From assembly GCA_965214095.1 (NCBI GenBank), contig OZ243938.1, positions 2,400,001-2,464,000 of the forward strand: a stretch of DNA of 64,000 bases, written 5' to 3'. The position numbers were made by a program, and so were the translations under genes. The stretch's first letter is position 1; every line of letters starts with the position of its first letter. Below are positions 9,686 to 20,014 of the stretch, piece by piece. Source of the stretch: Candidatus Poribacteria bacterium. GTDB taxonomy: Bacteria; Poribacteria; WGA-4E; WGA-3G. Below the pieces are notes generated by a model, which searched no databases, was not told the DNA's origin, and saw only the letters and a list, made by a program, of their open reading frames with translations.

Positions 9686-11515
9686 TTATAAGAGAGTATC
9701 AATTTTGGATTCCACTTCATATACATGGAATGGTTGTCCTTGAATCTTGTTGAGTCCAATTGCGTCAATAAGATATTCGCTGCGTATTAATTGCCTAAGA
9801 TGACCCGTGTTTAATTCAGGGATTAACACGGTTTTGAATCTCTTGAGTATATCCTCTAAGTCATTGGGAAATGGGTTAAGATGACGCAAATGCACATGAC
9901 CTATTGCCTTCCCTTCATCAAGTTTATTTTCAACGACAGTGCGGATTGCACCAAATGTTCCACCCCATCCGAGCACAAGTAGATCCCCTTCTTCTGCTCC
10001 GAAGATTTCTGTTGCTGGTAAATCATTTGCAATGCGTTTAACTTTATCTGCACGTATCGTTACCATTCTTTCATGATTTTCAGCATCATAACTTACATTG
10101 CCGGTGATATCTGACTTTTCCAAACCACCGATACGATGCTCAAGTCCGGGTGTTCCAGGTTTTGCCCAAGGTCTTGCGAGCGACTCAGTATCTCTCAGGT
10201 AAGGTTCAAATCCATCTATATCAGTTCTAAAATTGGCTTCAATATTTGGAAGTTCAGAAACATCCGGTATCAGCCAAGGTTCCGCGCCGAGGGCAATATA
10301 TAGGTCAGAAAGAAAGATAACCGGTGTACGGTATTTCACTGCTATGCGGCATGCCTCATATACTGTCTCAAAGCAGTCATACGGACGACATGCAGCGAGT
10401 ATTGGCACAGGTGATTCACCATTTCTGCCGTAAAACATCTGTAATAGGTCTGCCTGTTCGGTTTTTGTTGGCATCCCAGTAGAGGGACCGGCTCTTTGTA
10501 TATTACAGACAACAAGTGGTAATTCAGCAATCATCGCAAGGTTGATGGCTTCAGATTTTAATGCTAGACCGGGACCACTACTCCCCGTTACACCAAGGGA
10601 ACCGCTAAATGAAGCACCTATAGCTACACCCACCGCAGCAATTTCATCTTCCATCTGCATTGTCACAATACCATAGTTTCTGTATTGTGCTAAACCGTGT
10701 AGAATATCACTTGCAGGTGTAATTGGATAACTACCATAGACTAACTGCAAACCGGACCTGTTTGATGCGGCAACAAGTCCAAGCACAGTCGACATATTGC
10801 CTTCAATATTTCTATATTTTCCCGGTTCAAATTGTGCCGCTTTTACCTCATAAGACGTGGCAAATTGTTCTGTCGCTTCACAGTAGATATTTCCCGCACG
10901 AAGGGCTGTTATATTTGGTTCAATGAAGTGTGTATTTCTTGTAGCAAACTTGGTCTTGATCCATCTCATCGTATAATCCATCGGACGGTTGTATAACCAT
11001 AAGATCATACCGAGAGCAAAGAAGTTTTTACATTTATCCTGATCACTATGTTCAAGTTCAGTGTGTTCCAGTGCTTTCCGAGTTAGACGGGTCATTTCTA
11101 CAGAAAAAACTTGATATTTCGTAAGAGAGTCATCTTCTAATGGGTTGTTTTCATATCCGGCAAGCCGCAAGTTCTTTCGAGCAAAATTATCACCATTTAC
11201 GATCAGTATGCCGTTGTCTTTAAGTTTGTGTAGGTTGACTTTTAACGCTGCGGGATTCATCGCTACAAGCACATCACAAGTATCACCGGGTGTATGGATA
11301 GTCTCACTTGAGAAGTGTAGTTGGAATCCTGAAACCCCTGCGAGTGAACCTGCGGGGGCTTTAATTTCAGCGGGGTAATCGGGCAATGTGGCAACATCGT
11401 TCCCGACTATAGCGGAAGTTTCTGTCATCTGTGTTCCAATTGTTTGGGAACCATCACCGGAGTCCCCAGCAAACAGAACTGTAGCCGCTTGAATATGCTC
11501 TACTTGCTTACGCAT
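9686..11515 (-). CDS. korA: 2-oxoacid:acceptor oxidoreductase alpha subunit (gamma-alpha fusion)
   Basis: AGDSGDG, YPITPAS, EDEIAA, SGPG, QRAGPSTGMPT. Confidence 0.93.
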   Translation of the reverse strand: MRKQVEHIQAATVLFAGDSGDGSQTIGTQMTETSAIVGNDVATLPDYPAEIKAPAGSLAGVSGFQLHFSSETIHTPGDTCDVLVAMNPAALKVNLHKLKDNGILIVNGDNFARKNLRLAGYENNPLEDDSLTKYQVFSVEMTRLTRKALEHTELEHSDQDKCKNFFALGMILWLYNRPMDYTMRWIKTKFATRNTHFIEPNITALRAGNIYCEATEQFATSYEVKAAQFEPGKYRNIEGNMSTVLGLVAASNRSGLQLVYGSYPITPASDILHGLAQYRNYGIVTMQMEDEIAAVGVAIGASFSGSLGVTGSSGPGLALKSEAINLAMIAELPLVVCNIQRAGPSTGMPTKTEQADLLQMFYGRNGESPVPILAACRPYDCFETVYEACRIAVKYRTPVIFLSDLYIALGAEPWLIPDVSELPNIEANFRTDIDGFEPYLRDTESLARPWAKPGTPGLEHRIGGLEKSDITGNVSYDAENHERMVTIRADKVKRIANDLPATEIFGAEEGDLLVLGWGGTFGAIRTVVENKLDEGKAIGHVHLRHLNPFPNDLEDILKRFKTVLIPELNTGHLRQLIRSEYLIDAIGLNKIQGQPFHVYEVESKIDTLL

Positions 11516-11592
11516 CAGTGTTCAGCCTTATTATATGCTATTTGGTAGGGGTGGCACCACAATGTCCACCGATAAAATATATCGTCCATGTG

Positions 11593-12132
11593 TTATGCTC
11601 CTTCTCGTGCTTTTAACGCATCTCGTATCGGATTCGGAGGCAGTGTTAATACCTCATGGGGGAAATAATCAACGAGATAAGAGATAACATCTCGTATAGA
11701 AACCATGCCTATTGGATGTTGGTTTTCGTCGACGATTGGCAAATGCCGAAATCTGCCTCGTGCCATATACAACACGGCTGTATCTAACATGTCGTCAGGT
11801 TTCGCTGTTTGTGGGTCCACTTTCATAAACTGTGTAACTGGTATTTGTGTTAGATCTCCGATATCTTTGTTAAAAATCTTGCGTAATACATCACGTTCTC
11901 CAAAAATACCACGTAGAATTCCATCTTCAACAACTGATGCTGCGCCGATATGATTCTTAATTAACAAATCAATCGCATCTTGTGTACTTGCCACTATGTC
12001 TATTGTCACACAATCCCGCATCAGTTGACGAAGTGGCACATAAATTTCACTTGCTTCCAGAACTCTTTTAGATGTCTCGGAGTCCTGGTCCATCTGTGCT
12101 AATTCTTCATCAATCGCACTGTCATATAACAT
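11593..12132 (-). CDS. CBS domain protein
   Basis: GIFGERD, FRHLPIVD, GMVSIRD. Confidence 0.88.
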   Translation of the reverse strand: MLYDSAIDEELAQMDQDSETSKRVLEASEIYVPLRQLMRDCVTIDIVASTQDAIDLLIKNHIGAASVVEDGILRGIFGERDVLRKIFNKDIGDLTQIPVTQFMKVDPQTAKPDDMLDTAVLYMARGRFRHLPIVDENQHPIGMVSIRDVISYLVDYFPHEVLTLPPNPIRDALKAREGA

Positions 12133-12134
12133 GG

Positions 12135-12572
12135 TTATGTGCCTCCTCCCTGACTTTCAATAAATATAGCCACGTGGTCTAATATATCACGAGTTGAAAT
12201 CAACCCTACAGGAAACTCTTGCTGTTGATCATCCCAAATACAGAGCGGAACATGTCTAAAATGTCCGAGATGCATTAAGTTCAGAGCGAAAGCAATTGGG
12301 TCACTGGCACGTAACGATTCGGGGTTTGCTGACATTATATCTTCAACGAGAACATCTTTTGGGTCTAACCGCTTTCCGCATACATGGACGAGTAGGTCGC
12401 GATCAGTGATAATCCCTGCTAACCTTTGTTCAGCATCAACGACAAGGATACAGCCAAAACCTTCTGCCTGCATGATGTCTATGACATCCGAGGCAGGAGA
12501 ACCAACTTGGACGGTGGCAGGTTGCTTGTAATCAAGCGTACTAATCGGTAAAGACAGTGTTCTCGCGTCCAT
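12135..12572 (-). CDS. CBS domain protein
   Basis: GIITDRD, FRHVP, GLISTRD. Confidence 0.88.
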   Translation of the reverse strand: MDARTLSLPISTLDYKQPATVQVGSPASDVIDIMQAEGFGCILVVDAEQRLAGIITDRDLLVHVCGKRLDPKDVLVEDIMSANPESLRASDPIAFALNLMHLGHFRHVPLCIWDDQQQEFPVGLISTRDILDHVAIFIESQGGGT

Positions 12573-12773
12573 CGTTTTCGTTCCTTGATATATACGTTGA
12601 AATATAGCGTTTGGTTTCTTTCTGTATCTTATTAAAGGATACCATATTTGGTATATATTTGCAAGTATAATTTGATATAATACGAGGTTATTTTCTTTTA
12701 GGATTTTTGTTCAATATTATTCATAATCTACTAATCCTGAAAATCCTGGTTCAGACAATCAAATATGTTTCAT

Positions 12774-12802
12774 TTGACAACACAAACTCAGTTTGCTAAA
12801 CT
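12774..12802 (+). promoter_or_regulatory. Sigma70-type promoter for the dehydratase-CRTAC1-LamG genes
   Basis: TTGACA-17 bp-TAAACT with TGn extension. Confidence 0.6.
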
Positions 12803-12850
12803 CTGGAATCAGAAATACTTTCAACATTTACCGAATAGGAGATTCCCATA

Positions 12851-14044
12851 GTGAAAATCACAAACGTCAAAACCATACTCACAGCACCCGATGGTATACG
12901 ATTAGTCGTCGTCAAAATAGAGACCAGCGAACCCGGCCTATACGGAGTAGGTTGTGCAACATTCACACAACGACCACTCGCAGTTGCAACCGCTGTAGAC
13001 GAATACCTAAAGCCATTCCTGATAGGAAAAGACCCAACCAACATTGAGGACATTTTCCAGACAAGTTTTGTCAGTTCATATTGGCGAAATGGTCCCGTTC
13101 TCAACAACGCACTTAGCGGCGTAGACATCGCACTCTGGGACATTATGGGAAAAAGAGCGAACATGCCTGTCTACCAACTGCTTGGAGGGAAATGCCGAGA
13201 TGCAGCAACACTCTATGCACACGCAGGCGGCGGAAACTTTGAACAAGTAGAAAACAACGTCAGACAATATATGGAACAAGGCTATCGTTATGTCCGAGCA
13301 CAAGTCGCAATTCCCGGATACACCACTTACGGCGCAGGTGGTGGAAAACGGAGTTCTCCTGCTTTTGAACCCACACCTTATGTCAACACAGTCATCAAAC
13401 TCTTCGATCATCTACGAACAAACTTAGGAGATGAAGTTGAACTGCTACACGATGTACACGAACGTATTCCACCGATTCAAGCAATCAATCTCGCAAAAGG
13501 ATTAGAACCATTTAATCTGTTTTTCCTTGAAGACCCATTCGCACCAGAAGATGTTGACTATTTCCAACTCATGCGTCAACAGACAAGCATCCCAATCGCA
13601 ATGGGAGAACTGTTCAACAATCCAAACGAATACATCAACCTAATCAAAGACCGACTCATAGATTTCATCCGTGTGCATATTTCACAAATCGGTGGCATCA
13701 GTCCTGCGCGGAAACTCGCTGCATTCTGTGAATTTTTTGGCATCCGAACAGCATGGCACGGACCGGGAGATGTTTCACCTGTCGGACACGCAGCAAATGT
13801 CGCATTAGATTTGGCATGCTACAACTTCGGAATTCAGGAACGGCATGTATTCGGAGAAAACACAAAAGAGGTGTTCCCAGGGTGTCCAGAAATTCGGGAC
13901 GGATGCTTTTGGGCACAAGAAGCACCAGGACTCGGCATCGATGTGAACGAAGAGCTCGCAGAACAATTCCCATTCCCAGAACATCCACTCAACGGAGGAT
14001 GGGCACCAGTCAGACGCATGGATGGCACAGTCATACGTCCATAG
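12851..14044 (+). CDS. Enolase-superfamily acid-sugar dehydratase (RspA/ManD-like)
   Basis: YWRNGPV, LHDVH, FFLEDP, GE, WHGPGD, QE. Confidence 0.88.
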   Translation: MKITNVKTILTAPDGIRLVVVKIETSEPGLYGVGCATFTQRPLAVATAVDEYLKPFLIGKDPTNIEDIFQTSFVSSYWRNGPVLNNALSGVDIALWDIMGKRANMPVYQLLGGKCRDAATLYAHAGGGNFEQVENNVRQYMEQGYRYVRAQVAIPGYTTYGAGGGKRSSPAFEPTPYVNTVIKLFDHLRTNLGDEVELLHDVHERIPPIQAINLAKGLEPFNLFFLEDPFAPEDVDYFQLMRQQTSIPIAMGELFNNPNEYINLIKDRLIDFIRVHISQIGGISPARKLAAFCEFFGIRTAWHGPGDVSPVGHAANVALDLACYNFGIQERHVFGENTKEVFPGCPEIRDGCFWAQEAPGLGIDVNEELAEQFPFPEHPLNGGWAPVRRMDGTVIRP

Positions 14045-14056
14045 GTTTCACAGAAA

Positions 14057-15706
14057 ATGAAAAGCATCGGTTTTGTCATCATAATACTGTGTGTAAGTCT
14101 TGCACATGCAGATATACAGTTCACACGCGTAACTGAAAAAGCAGAAATCCACTTCCAGCATTTTAACGGTGCTACAGGAGAGAAACATCTTGTTGAAACA
14201 ATGGGAGTCGGTGCCGCTTTCTTTGATTACAATAACGACGACTATTTGGACCTATATTTGGTAAACGGCGCACCTCTCACAGGAAACAAACCTGATGTAC
14301 TACCTACCAACCATCTCTATAAAAATAACGGGGACGGCACTTTTACCGATGCAACAATTAAAACAGGCACAGACGACACAGGATACGGAATCGGGTGTTG
14401 TGTAGCCGACTACGACAACGATGGTAACAAAGACCTTTTCATCACCAACTTCGGTCAGAATATCCTATACCACAACAACGGGGACGGCACTTTTGCTGAT
14501 GTATCAAAGCAATCAGGAATTGCAGACGAATCGCTCTTTTCCTCAGGTTGTGCCTTTGCAGACTACAACAACGATGGATGGCTTGATCTGATTGTGATAA
14601 ACTATGTGATACTCAATTTAGAGGACGCACCAGATTGCTCACAAAACGGAATTCAAGCTTACTGCCGTCCAGAAGATTTTGAACCCGCACCAGACCATCT
14701 CTACCGAAACAACGGGGACGGCACTTTCACAAATGTTACCCAAGATGCTGGAATAAACCTTCACGGCAGAGGACTCGGAGTCGTTTGGACAGATATTGAC
14801 AACGACGGGTGGCTTGACTTATACATCGCAAATGACCGACACGCCAACTTTTTATATCACAACAACGGGGATGCCACTTTCACTGAAATAGGTGAATTGC
14901 ACGGCATCGCAAGAAACGAACACGGTGATACTGAAAGTAGTATGGGTATTGATACTGCGGATTATGACAACGATGGTGACCTTGACGTAATTCTCACGCA
15001 TTACCAAGCTGAAACGAATACACTTTATCAAAATGATGGCAAAGGCGTTTTCTGGGACATCACTGCACAAAGTCGTTTGGGTGAACCCACGCTATTGCCG
15101 CTTGCATGGGGAACAAACTTCGTAGATTTTGACAATGACGGATGGCTTGACCTCTTCTTTGCAAACGGACACTTAGACGACAACATCGGAAAATTAGAAG
15201 AGGTCGGAGTCTACAAACAACCAAATCAACTTTTCTACAATCAAGGAAACGGATTATTCTCCGACATTTCTAGCAAATGTGGTAATGGTCTGCAAATTGA
15301 GAAATCCAGTAGAGGTTCAGTCTTTGGAGACTACGACAATGATGGTGATCTAGACATGCTAATCATGAACATCGCAGACACACCCGACCTGCTTCGCAAC
15401 GATACACCGCTAAAAAGCAATTGGCTTAGCATCAAACTCGTTGGTAAGAAATCAAATCGTGATGCAATTGGTGCAAAGGTGACGCTTCAGTTCGGTAATA
15501 AAACAAGACTTATTGAAGTGAAAAGCGGAGGGAGTTATCTATCTCAAAATCAGTTCCGACTACAAGTAGGATTAGGCACAGCAGAAAAGGTTAATCGGTT
15601 AGTTATCAAGTGGCAAAATGGTGTTCAAGAAATAATTGAAAATGTTAAGAGTAATCAATGGTTGACAATAGAGGAAGGCAATGGTATTATCTCGGTTAAA
15701 CAGTAA
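14057..15706 (+). CDS. CRTAC1-family protein (FG-GAP repeats plus ASPIC/UnbV)
   Basis: Signal peptide, repeated DYxNDGxxD and NNGDGTF, C-terminal GGSYLSQ..GLG. Confidence 0.92.
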   Translation: MKSIGFVIIILCVSLAHADIQFTRVTEKAEIHFQHFNGATGEKHLVETMGVGAAFFDYNNDDYLDLYLVNGAPLTGNKPDVLPTNHLYKNNGDGTFTDATIKTGTDDTGYGIGCCVADYDNDGNKDLFITNFGQNILYHNNGDGTFADVSKQSGIADESLFSSGCAFADYNNDGWLDLIVINYVILNLEDAPDCSQNGIQAYCRPEDFEPAPDHLYRNNGDGTFTNVTQDAGINLHGRGLGVVWTDIDNDGWLDLYIANDRHANFLYHNNGDATFTEIGELHGIARNEHGDTESSMGIDTADYDNDGDLDVILTHYQAETNTLYQNDGKGVFWDITAQSRLGEPTLLPLAWGTNFVDFDNDGWLDLFFANGHLDDNIGKLEEVGVYKQPNQLFYNQGNGLFSDISSKCGNGLQIEKSSRGSVFGDYDNDGDLDMLIMNIADTPDLLRNDTPLKSNWLSIKLVGKKSNRDAIGAKVTLQFGNKTRLIEVKSGGSYLSQNQFRLQVGLGTAEKVNRLVIKWQNGVQEIIENVKSNQWLTIEEGNGIISVKQ

Positions 15707-15719
15707 GAGGAGGAATCAA

Positions 15720-16514
15720 ATGAATATAAGAATCTATTTGATAAGTATTGCAGCGATTCTCATACTCATCGCAAGTCAGTCCGCAATTGCAAAGATTGAC
15801 CCTGATACCGTCGCAGGAATGTGGCTGTTTGAAGAAGGGGGCGGCGATGTGGCAGTAGATAGTTCCGATGCAGGAAACGATGGCACTATCGTCGGTCCAA
15901 AGAAATGGCAAGATGGTAAATTCGGGAAAGCATTGGAATTTGATGGGAACGCTGTATATGTTGAGGTGCAAGCAAATGACAGCATCATTCTTGAAGAACT
16001 CACAATTGTAGCATGGGCAAATCTAAAACCATCGCAAGGTACCCGTTGGCAATCTATCATCATGCGTGGACAGAATCCCCGTAACTACCTATTGGTGGTA
16101 GATAGAGACACGCAAACACTGCAGCTGAGCATAACAAAGGCAGCAGATGGTGGCTTTACCGGCCCGATAGGTGGTCCAGTGATTACAGATGGCGATTGGC
16201 ATCATCTCGCAGGGGTTCTTGGTGAAAATGAAGGTTCAGTCATTTATACCGATGGCGAAGAAGTCGGTAAACAAGGGTACGCTCAACCCAGTCAGGATGC
16301 CAATCCATCGCGAATGCGGATTGGAGATGGATCTAACGGAGGACACCAGTGTGAAGGTTTGCTTGACGAAGTTGCGCTATTTGACGTGCCACTTTCTCAG
16401 GATGACATCAAAGCCATTATGAATGATGGACTTGAAAGAACAACTGGATTCCTCGCCGTTGAACCTGAAAGTAAGTTGACAACAATCTGGGGAAAACTGA
16501 AAGCGGGTATATAG
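15720..16514 (+). CDS. Secreted LamG-like jellyroll protein with Poribacteria-type C-terminal motif
   Basis: WLFEEG, GKFGKALEFDG, WHHLA, GLLDEVALF, AVEPESKLTTIWGKLK. Confidence 0.88.
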   Translation: MNIRIYLISIAAILILIASQSAIAKIDPDTVAGMWLFEEGGGDVAVDSSDAGNDGTIVGPKKWQDGKFGKALEFDGNAVYVEVQANDSIILEELTIVAWANLKPSQGTRWQSIIMRGQNPRNYLLVVDRDTQTLQLSITKAADGGFTGPIGGPVITDGDWHHLAGVLGENEGSVIYTDGEEVGKQGYAQPSQDANPSRMRIGDGSNGGHQCEGLLDEVALFDVPLSQDDIKAIMNDGLERTTGFLAVEPESKLTTIWGKLKAGI

Positions 16515-16599
16515 CCTATTTCCGTGTTTGTAGTCGCGCAATTCATTGCGCCTCTTACATTTTTCTCATGACGGAACCTTATATTTTAGAATTGGTATA
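16510..16599. repeat. Degenerate MITE family B copy with REP-like hairpin, between convergent genes
   Basis: GTAGTCGCGCAATTCATTGCGCCTCTTACAT at 16530; end TAGAATTGGTATA. Confidence 0.7.
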
Positions 16600-16601
16600 A
16601 C

Positions 16602-18041
16602 CTATTTCCGTTGTTGTCGAATCTCCTTCAATCCTTCTTGATAGATCGGATTATCGGGAGCAATTTCAATCGCTTTCAAGGCAGCCGCCTCCGCTTCATT
16701 ATACTGTCCGTCTTTATAGCACAACCAAGACAGTGTGTTGTAATAAGGTGCTGCTTTAGGGGATAATTCTGTCGCTTTACGCGCCAACGCAATCGCTTTT
16801 TCCATATTCCGATTGTGTTGTCCGTATAGATATGCAAGTCCGTGATGTGCAGATGCCATCTCCGGTTTGAGTTCAATTGCACGGCGATAATGTTTTTCAG
16901 CATCTTTAAACTTACCGCCTGTTGTATAGAGTGTCCCTAACATCAGATGCGATTCAGGATGGTCAGCATTTAGAGCGAGGGCATGTTTAAACTGTTTCAT
17001 AGCATTTTGTGCATCCCGATTCTGCATATAGGCAATACCAAGATAATGGTAGGTTTCGGTTGTTTTCAAACCAAGTTGCACAGCACGTTTATAGTGTGTG
17101 ATCGCTTCTGACACATCTCCCTGTTCCAATGCGATCCTACCAAAACCAGCAGATATATGTGCCGTATCAATATCTGATGTGCCATATATTTGGATACGTT
17201 CAAATTCGCGTGCTGCTTCGTCATATCTTTCGTATTTGAGGTAGGTATTCGCAAGTTTGACTATTGCTGCCACTTTGTTATCGGTATCCGCAACAAAAAC
17301 TGCCTCAAGATGTTTTTGAATATCGGTGTCTATTTTCTTGAGAGAACGGAAACGTACCATTGATGCTTCGGCATTAGGCACATCTCCGATTTGACGATAG
17401 CATCTGGCAAGTTGATAGTGGACGTTGGACATCGTGGGGGATAATGCAAGGCTTTTTTGAAAGACAGTGATCGCCACTTGCCAATTCCGGTTACGACTAT
17501 GTAGCACACCGAGTTGATAGTGAGCATCAGCAAAATTGGGGTTTCTATTGATTGCTCGTTGTTGTGAGGTAATGGCTTTCGCTATTTCGCCGCGTCCTGC
17601 ATAGATTTTGCCAAGGGTATGCAGTGCTTTGGAAACACCTACAGTGTCTTGATCCACAACATTAGCGTAAAACTGAATTGCATCATCAAACTTTCCCTGT
17701 TGATATGTAATATAGCCTAATCCAATATTTGATTGTGCTTTGACAATGTGGGTTTGTTTGCCAAATGCGTCGCGTCTTGCTAAACGCAGTGCTTCCTGAT
17801 AAACATGCGTAGCTTCGGTATAACGACCCAGTTGGGAATAAGCGAAACCTAAACGGACCAGTGTCTTGCCTGTTGCAGGTGCGTTGTTGAGATAGTGAAT
17901 GGCTTGTTCATAATTACCGTATTGGAGTGCTTCTTCTGCCAACTCAAAAGCATTTTGAGAATGACCAAACTGAACACTCGCCAAATAGAGACATAGTGCC
18001 AAAACCATCCAAAGATGTTCTCTTTTCATGAGATAAACCAC
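16602..18041 (-). CDS. Secreted tetratricopeptide repeat protein
   Basis: Signal-like N-terminus, more than 10 TPR units; start may be ATG 18029. Confidence 0.85.
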   Translation of the reverse strand: MVYLMKREHLWMVLALCLYLASVQFGHSQNAFELAEEALQYGNYEQAIHYLNNAPATGKTLVRLGFAYSQLGRYTEATHVYQEALRLARRDAFGKQTHIVKAQSNIGLGYITYQQGKFDDAIQFYANVVDQDTVGVSKALHTLGKIYAGRGEIAKAITSQQRAINRNPNFADAHYQLGVLHSRNRNWQVAITVFQKSLALSPTMSNVHYQLARCYRQIGDVPNAEASMVRFRSLKKIDTDIQKHLEAVFVADTDNKVAAIVKLANTYLKYERYDEAAREFERIQIYGTSDIDTAHISAGFGRIALEQGDVSEAITHYKRAVQLGLKTTETYHYLGIAYMQNRDAQNAMKQFKHALALNADHPESHLMLGTLYTTGGKFKDAEKHYRRAIELKPEMASAHHGLAYLYGQHNRNMEKAIALARKATELSPKAAPYYNTLSWLCYKDGQYNEAEAAALKAIEIAPDNPIYQEGLKEIRQQRK

Positions 18042-18069
18042 TCATAATCCACATATCCGCTAATTACCT

Positions 18070-19053
18070 CTAATCAAAACCTAAACGTTTTACTTCGGTT
18101 TGAAGGGAGATTCCTGTTTTTTCTTTCACATGTTTTTGGATATACGCGACTAAGTCTAAGACATCATTCGCAGTGGCGTTGTCAAGGTTGAGGATAAAGT
18201 TGCCGTGTATAGTTGACACCTCTGCTCCACCGATACGGTGTCCTTTCAAACCACTGATGTCTATGAGTCGTCCAGCAGAATCGTCAGGGGGATTTTTGAA
18301 CATACATCCCGCATTCTCTTCAACGAAGGGTTGCGTTTCTATTTTCTGTTTGAATAGGGTGTTCATCTTTGATGTGATTTCGTCAACATCACCGGGTTGT
18401 AGCTTGAGGGTCGCTGCGATAACACAGAAATATGCTTCTAAGCCGCTGTGTCTATATTCAAATTGTGCTTCGTCATGGGTTAGCGTTATCAGTTCACCTG
18501 TATCCTGCATGACTGTAACATCTGTGACGACATCCCCGAAACTGCTGCCCCATGCACCTGCGTTCATTATGAGCGCACCACCGACTGAACCCGGAATACC
18601 GAGCGCGAATTCAACACCACTTAATCCGTTCTTTGACATCAATTTGGAGAGACCTGGTAGTGATTGTCCCGCACCTACGGTGACTATTTCGCCATCTACA
18701 TCCAAATTTGCTAATTCACCGATTAACCGAATACATAATCCTTTGAAACCTTTATCGCTTACCAGCAAATTTGATCCTTTTCCGATAACTGCAACAGGCA
18801 CTTTCCATTCTCGGTGAAATTGCGCTAATGTAACTAAGTCGTCTATTGTGTTTACTTCTATGTATGCTGTTGCTTCTCCACCGATGCCGAAGTGTGTATG
18901 TTTTGCGAGCGGTTCTTGAAAACGGAGTCGTGTGTGTTGTTGGAAATCTATTCTTGATAATTCATCTTTCCAGGTGATACTCACTACGGAGACTAAAGCC
19001 GTGTGCTTCTTTGGCACACAACTCCCTATGTGATTCTTGTTTCCGTCTCTCAT
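18070..19053 (-). CDS. murB: UDP-N-acetylenolpyruvoylglucosamine reductase; start uncertain (ATG 19053 or GTG 18984, both inside an IS right end)
   Basis: HTHFGIGG, GKGSNLLV, GIPGSVGG, MNAGA, NAGCMFKNP, HGNF, EV. Confidence 0.92.
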   Translation of the reverse strand: MRDGNKNHIGSCVPKKHTALVSVVSITWKDELSRIDFQQHTRLRFQEPLAKHTHFGIGGEATAYIEVNTIDDLVTLAQFHREWKVPVAVIGKGSNLLVSDKGFKGLCIRLIGELANLDVDGEIVTVGAGQSLPGLSKLMSKNGLSGVEFALGIPGSVGGALIMNAGAWGSSFGDVVTDVTVMQDTGELITLTHDEAQFEYRHSGLEAYFCVIAATLKLQPGDVDEITSKMNTLFKQKIETQPFVEENAGCMFKNPPDDSAGRLIDISGLKGHRIGGAEVSTIHGNFILNLDNATANDVLDLVAYIQKHVKEKTGISLQTEVKRLGFD

Positions 19054-19130
19054 GCCTTTTCCTGAACGGTGTTAGGTCTTATTTGGACTCCACAAGCGTA
19101 ACTTCCCGTCTATCCGACGGCAGTTGGTTT
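18974..19130 (-). ncRNA. Putative TnpB omega/reRNA scaffold region
   Basis: Lies between the tnpB 3' end and the TCAC right end; inferred from the known IS200/IS605 architecture, boundaries approximate. Confidence 0.45.
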
Positions 19131-19834
19131 TAGATTTATAGCTGCGTTAACATCTCTATCTATAGTTATATCACATTTAGGACAGTGATATGTTCTATCT
19201 GATAATGCTTTTGCCAACTTTTTATTCTTTAGCATATTAGCAACTTTTAAGGTTTCTATGCCGATAGCACTTGCATTATGGACAATAATAAGTAGTAGCT
19301 TTGTGGTGTGCGTCATTTCTAATACAGGCAATCTTGTAATGTAAACGTGCTACGCTTTCTTTGGCTTTATACCAGTTTTTTGATTTATACACTTTTCTAC
19401 TCAAGGCACGATTTTGACGCTTCAACTTTTTTTCATCACGTCTCAATGGTCTTGGGTTTTCATATTTAGTGCCATCACTCAAAGTAGCAAGTGTGTTGAT
19501 ACCTACATCTATACCTATAACAGGGTGCGTTGAGTTGTCAACTGCTTCGGTGTCCTCTGTTTCTACAGTAATAGATATAAACCAACGATGTGCCGTTTTT
19601 GAAATTGTCACACTAATAATCTTTCCAATAAAACGCAACTCTTGAAACATCTGGACCCATCCAATCTTGGGTAATCGGACACGTTTGCCAAGATTGAAAA
19701 TTGTCTTTACATAAACCAACCTTAAAATCAGATAAGGCATGATTATATGCCAATCGGGCATAACCGCTTTGCTGTGAAAACCAATGCCTTTGTCTAAATG
19801 TAGGATCTAATGTTATTTTATGTGTCTTATACAT
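19110..19834 (-). pseudogene. tnpB: tnpB pseudogene in three frames with internal deletions
   Basis: MYKTHKITLDPT..GYARLAYN, then RLPKIG..GIDVGINTLATLSDG, then IGIETLKV..LSD|RTYHCPKC..DRDVNAAINL. Confidence 0.88.
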
Positions 19835-20014
19835 GGCATCACTGCTTCTGTGCAGATTCTGTTTCCCCCTACTAAAGGTGTGGTAGATGTTAGTAGCATC
19901 TACCACTGAAACAGTCTAAATAGTATACCACAAAAAAATAGATTAATATACAAACTTTCTTGACCCAAGTCTAAAGACTTGGTATTGTTAATGAAGTCCC
20001 TTCATATATTTCTC

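Larger units (their letters stand above)
18974..19987 (-). mobile_element. Decayed IS200/IS605-family (IS1341-like, tnpB-only) element
   Basis: Minus strand: TTAA then CAATA-CCAAGTCTTTAGACTTGG hairpin (left end); right end GAAGCACACGGCTTTAG..CCGT..GAGTATCAC; tnpB fragments between them. Confidence 0.78.

Noticed and set aside
14320-14885. Repeated AACAACGGGGACGGCACTTT DNA motif
   Set aside because: It encodes the NNGDGTF turns of the FG-GAP repeats and is an ordinary protein repeat.
18173-18817. 214-aa plus-strand ORF (and the similar 219-aa ORF at 32339-32998)
   Set aside because: Antisense shadows of murB and the YyaL-like gene, with no motifs or RBS.
18974-19987. IStron (group I intron plus IS) that could splice out of murB
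   Set aside because: Only about 150 nt lie between the left end and tnpB, too short for a group I core, and I see no recognisable intron motifs.
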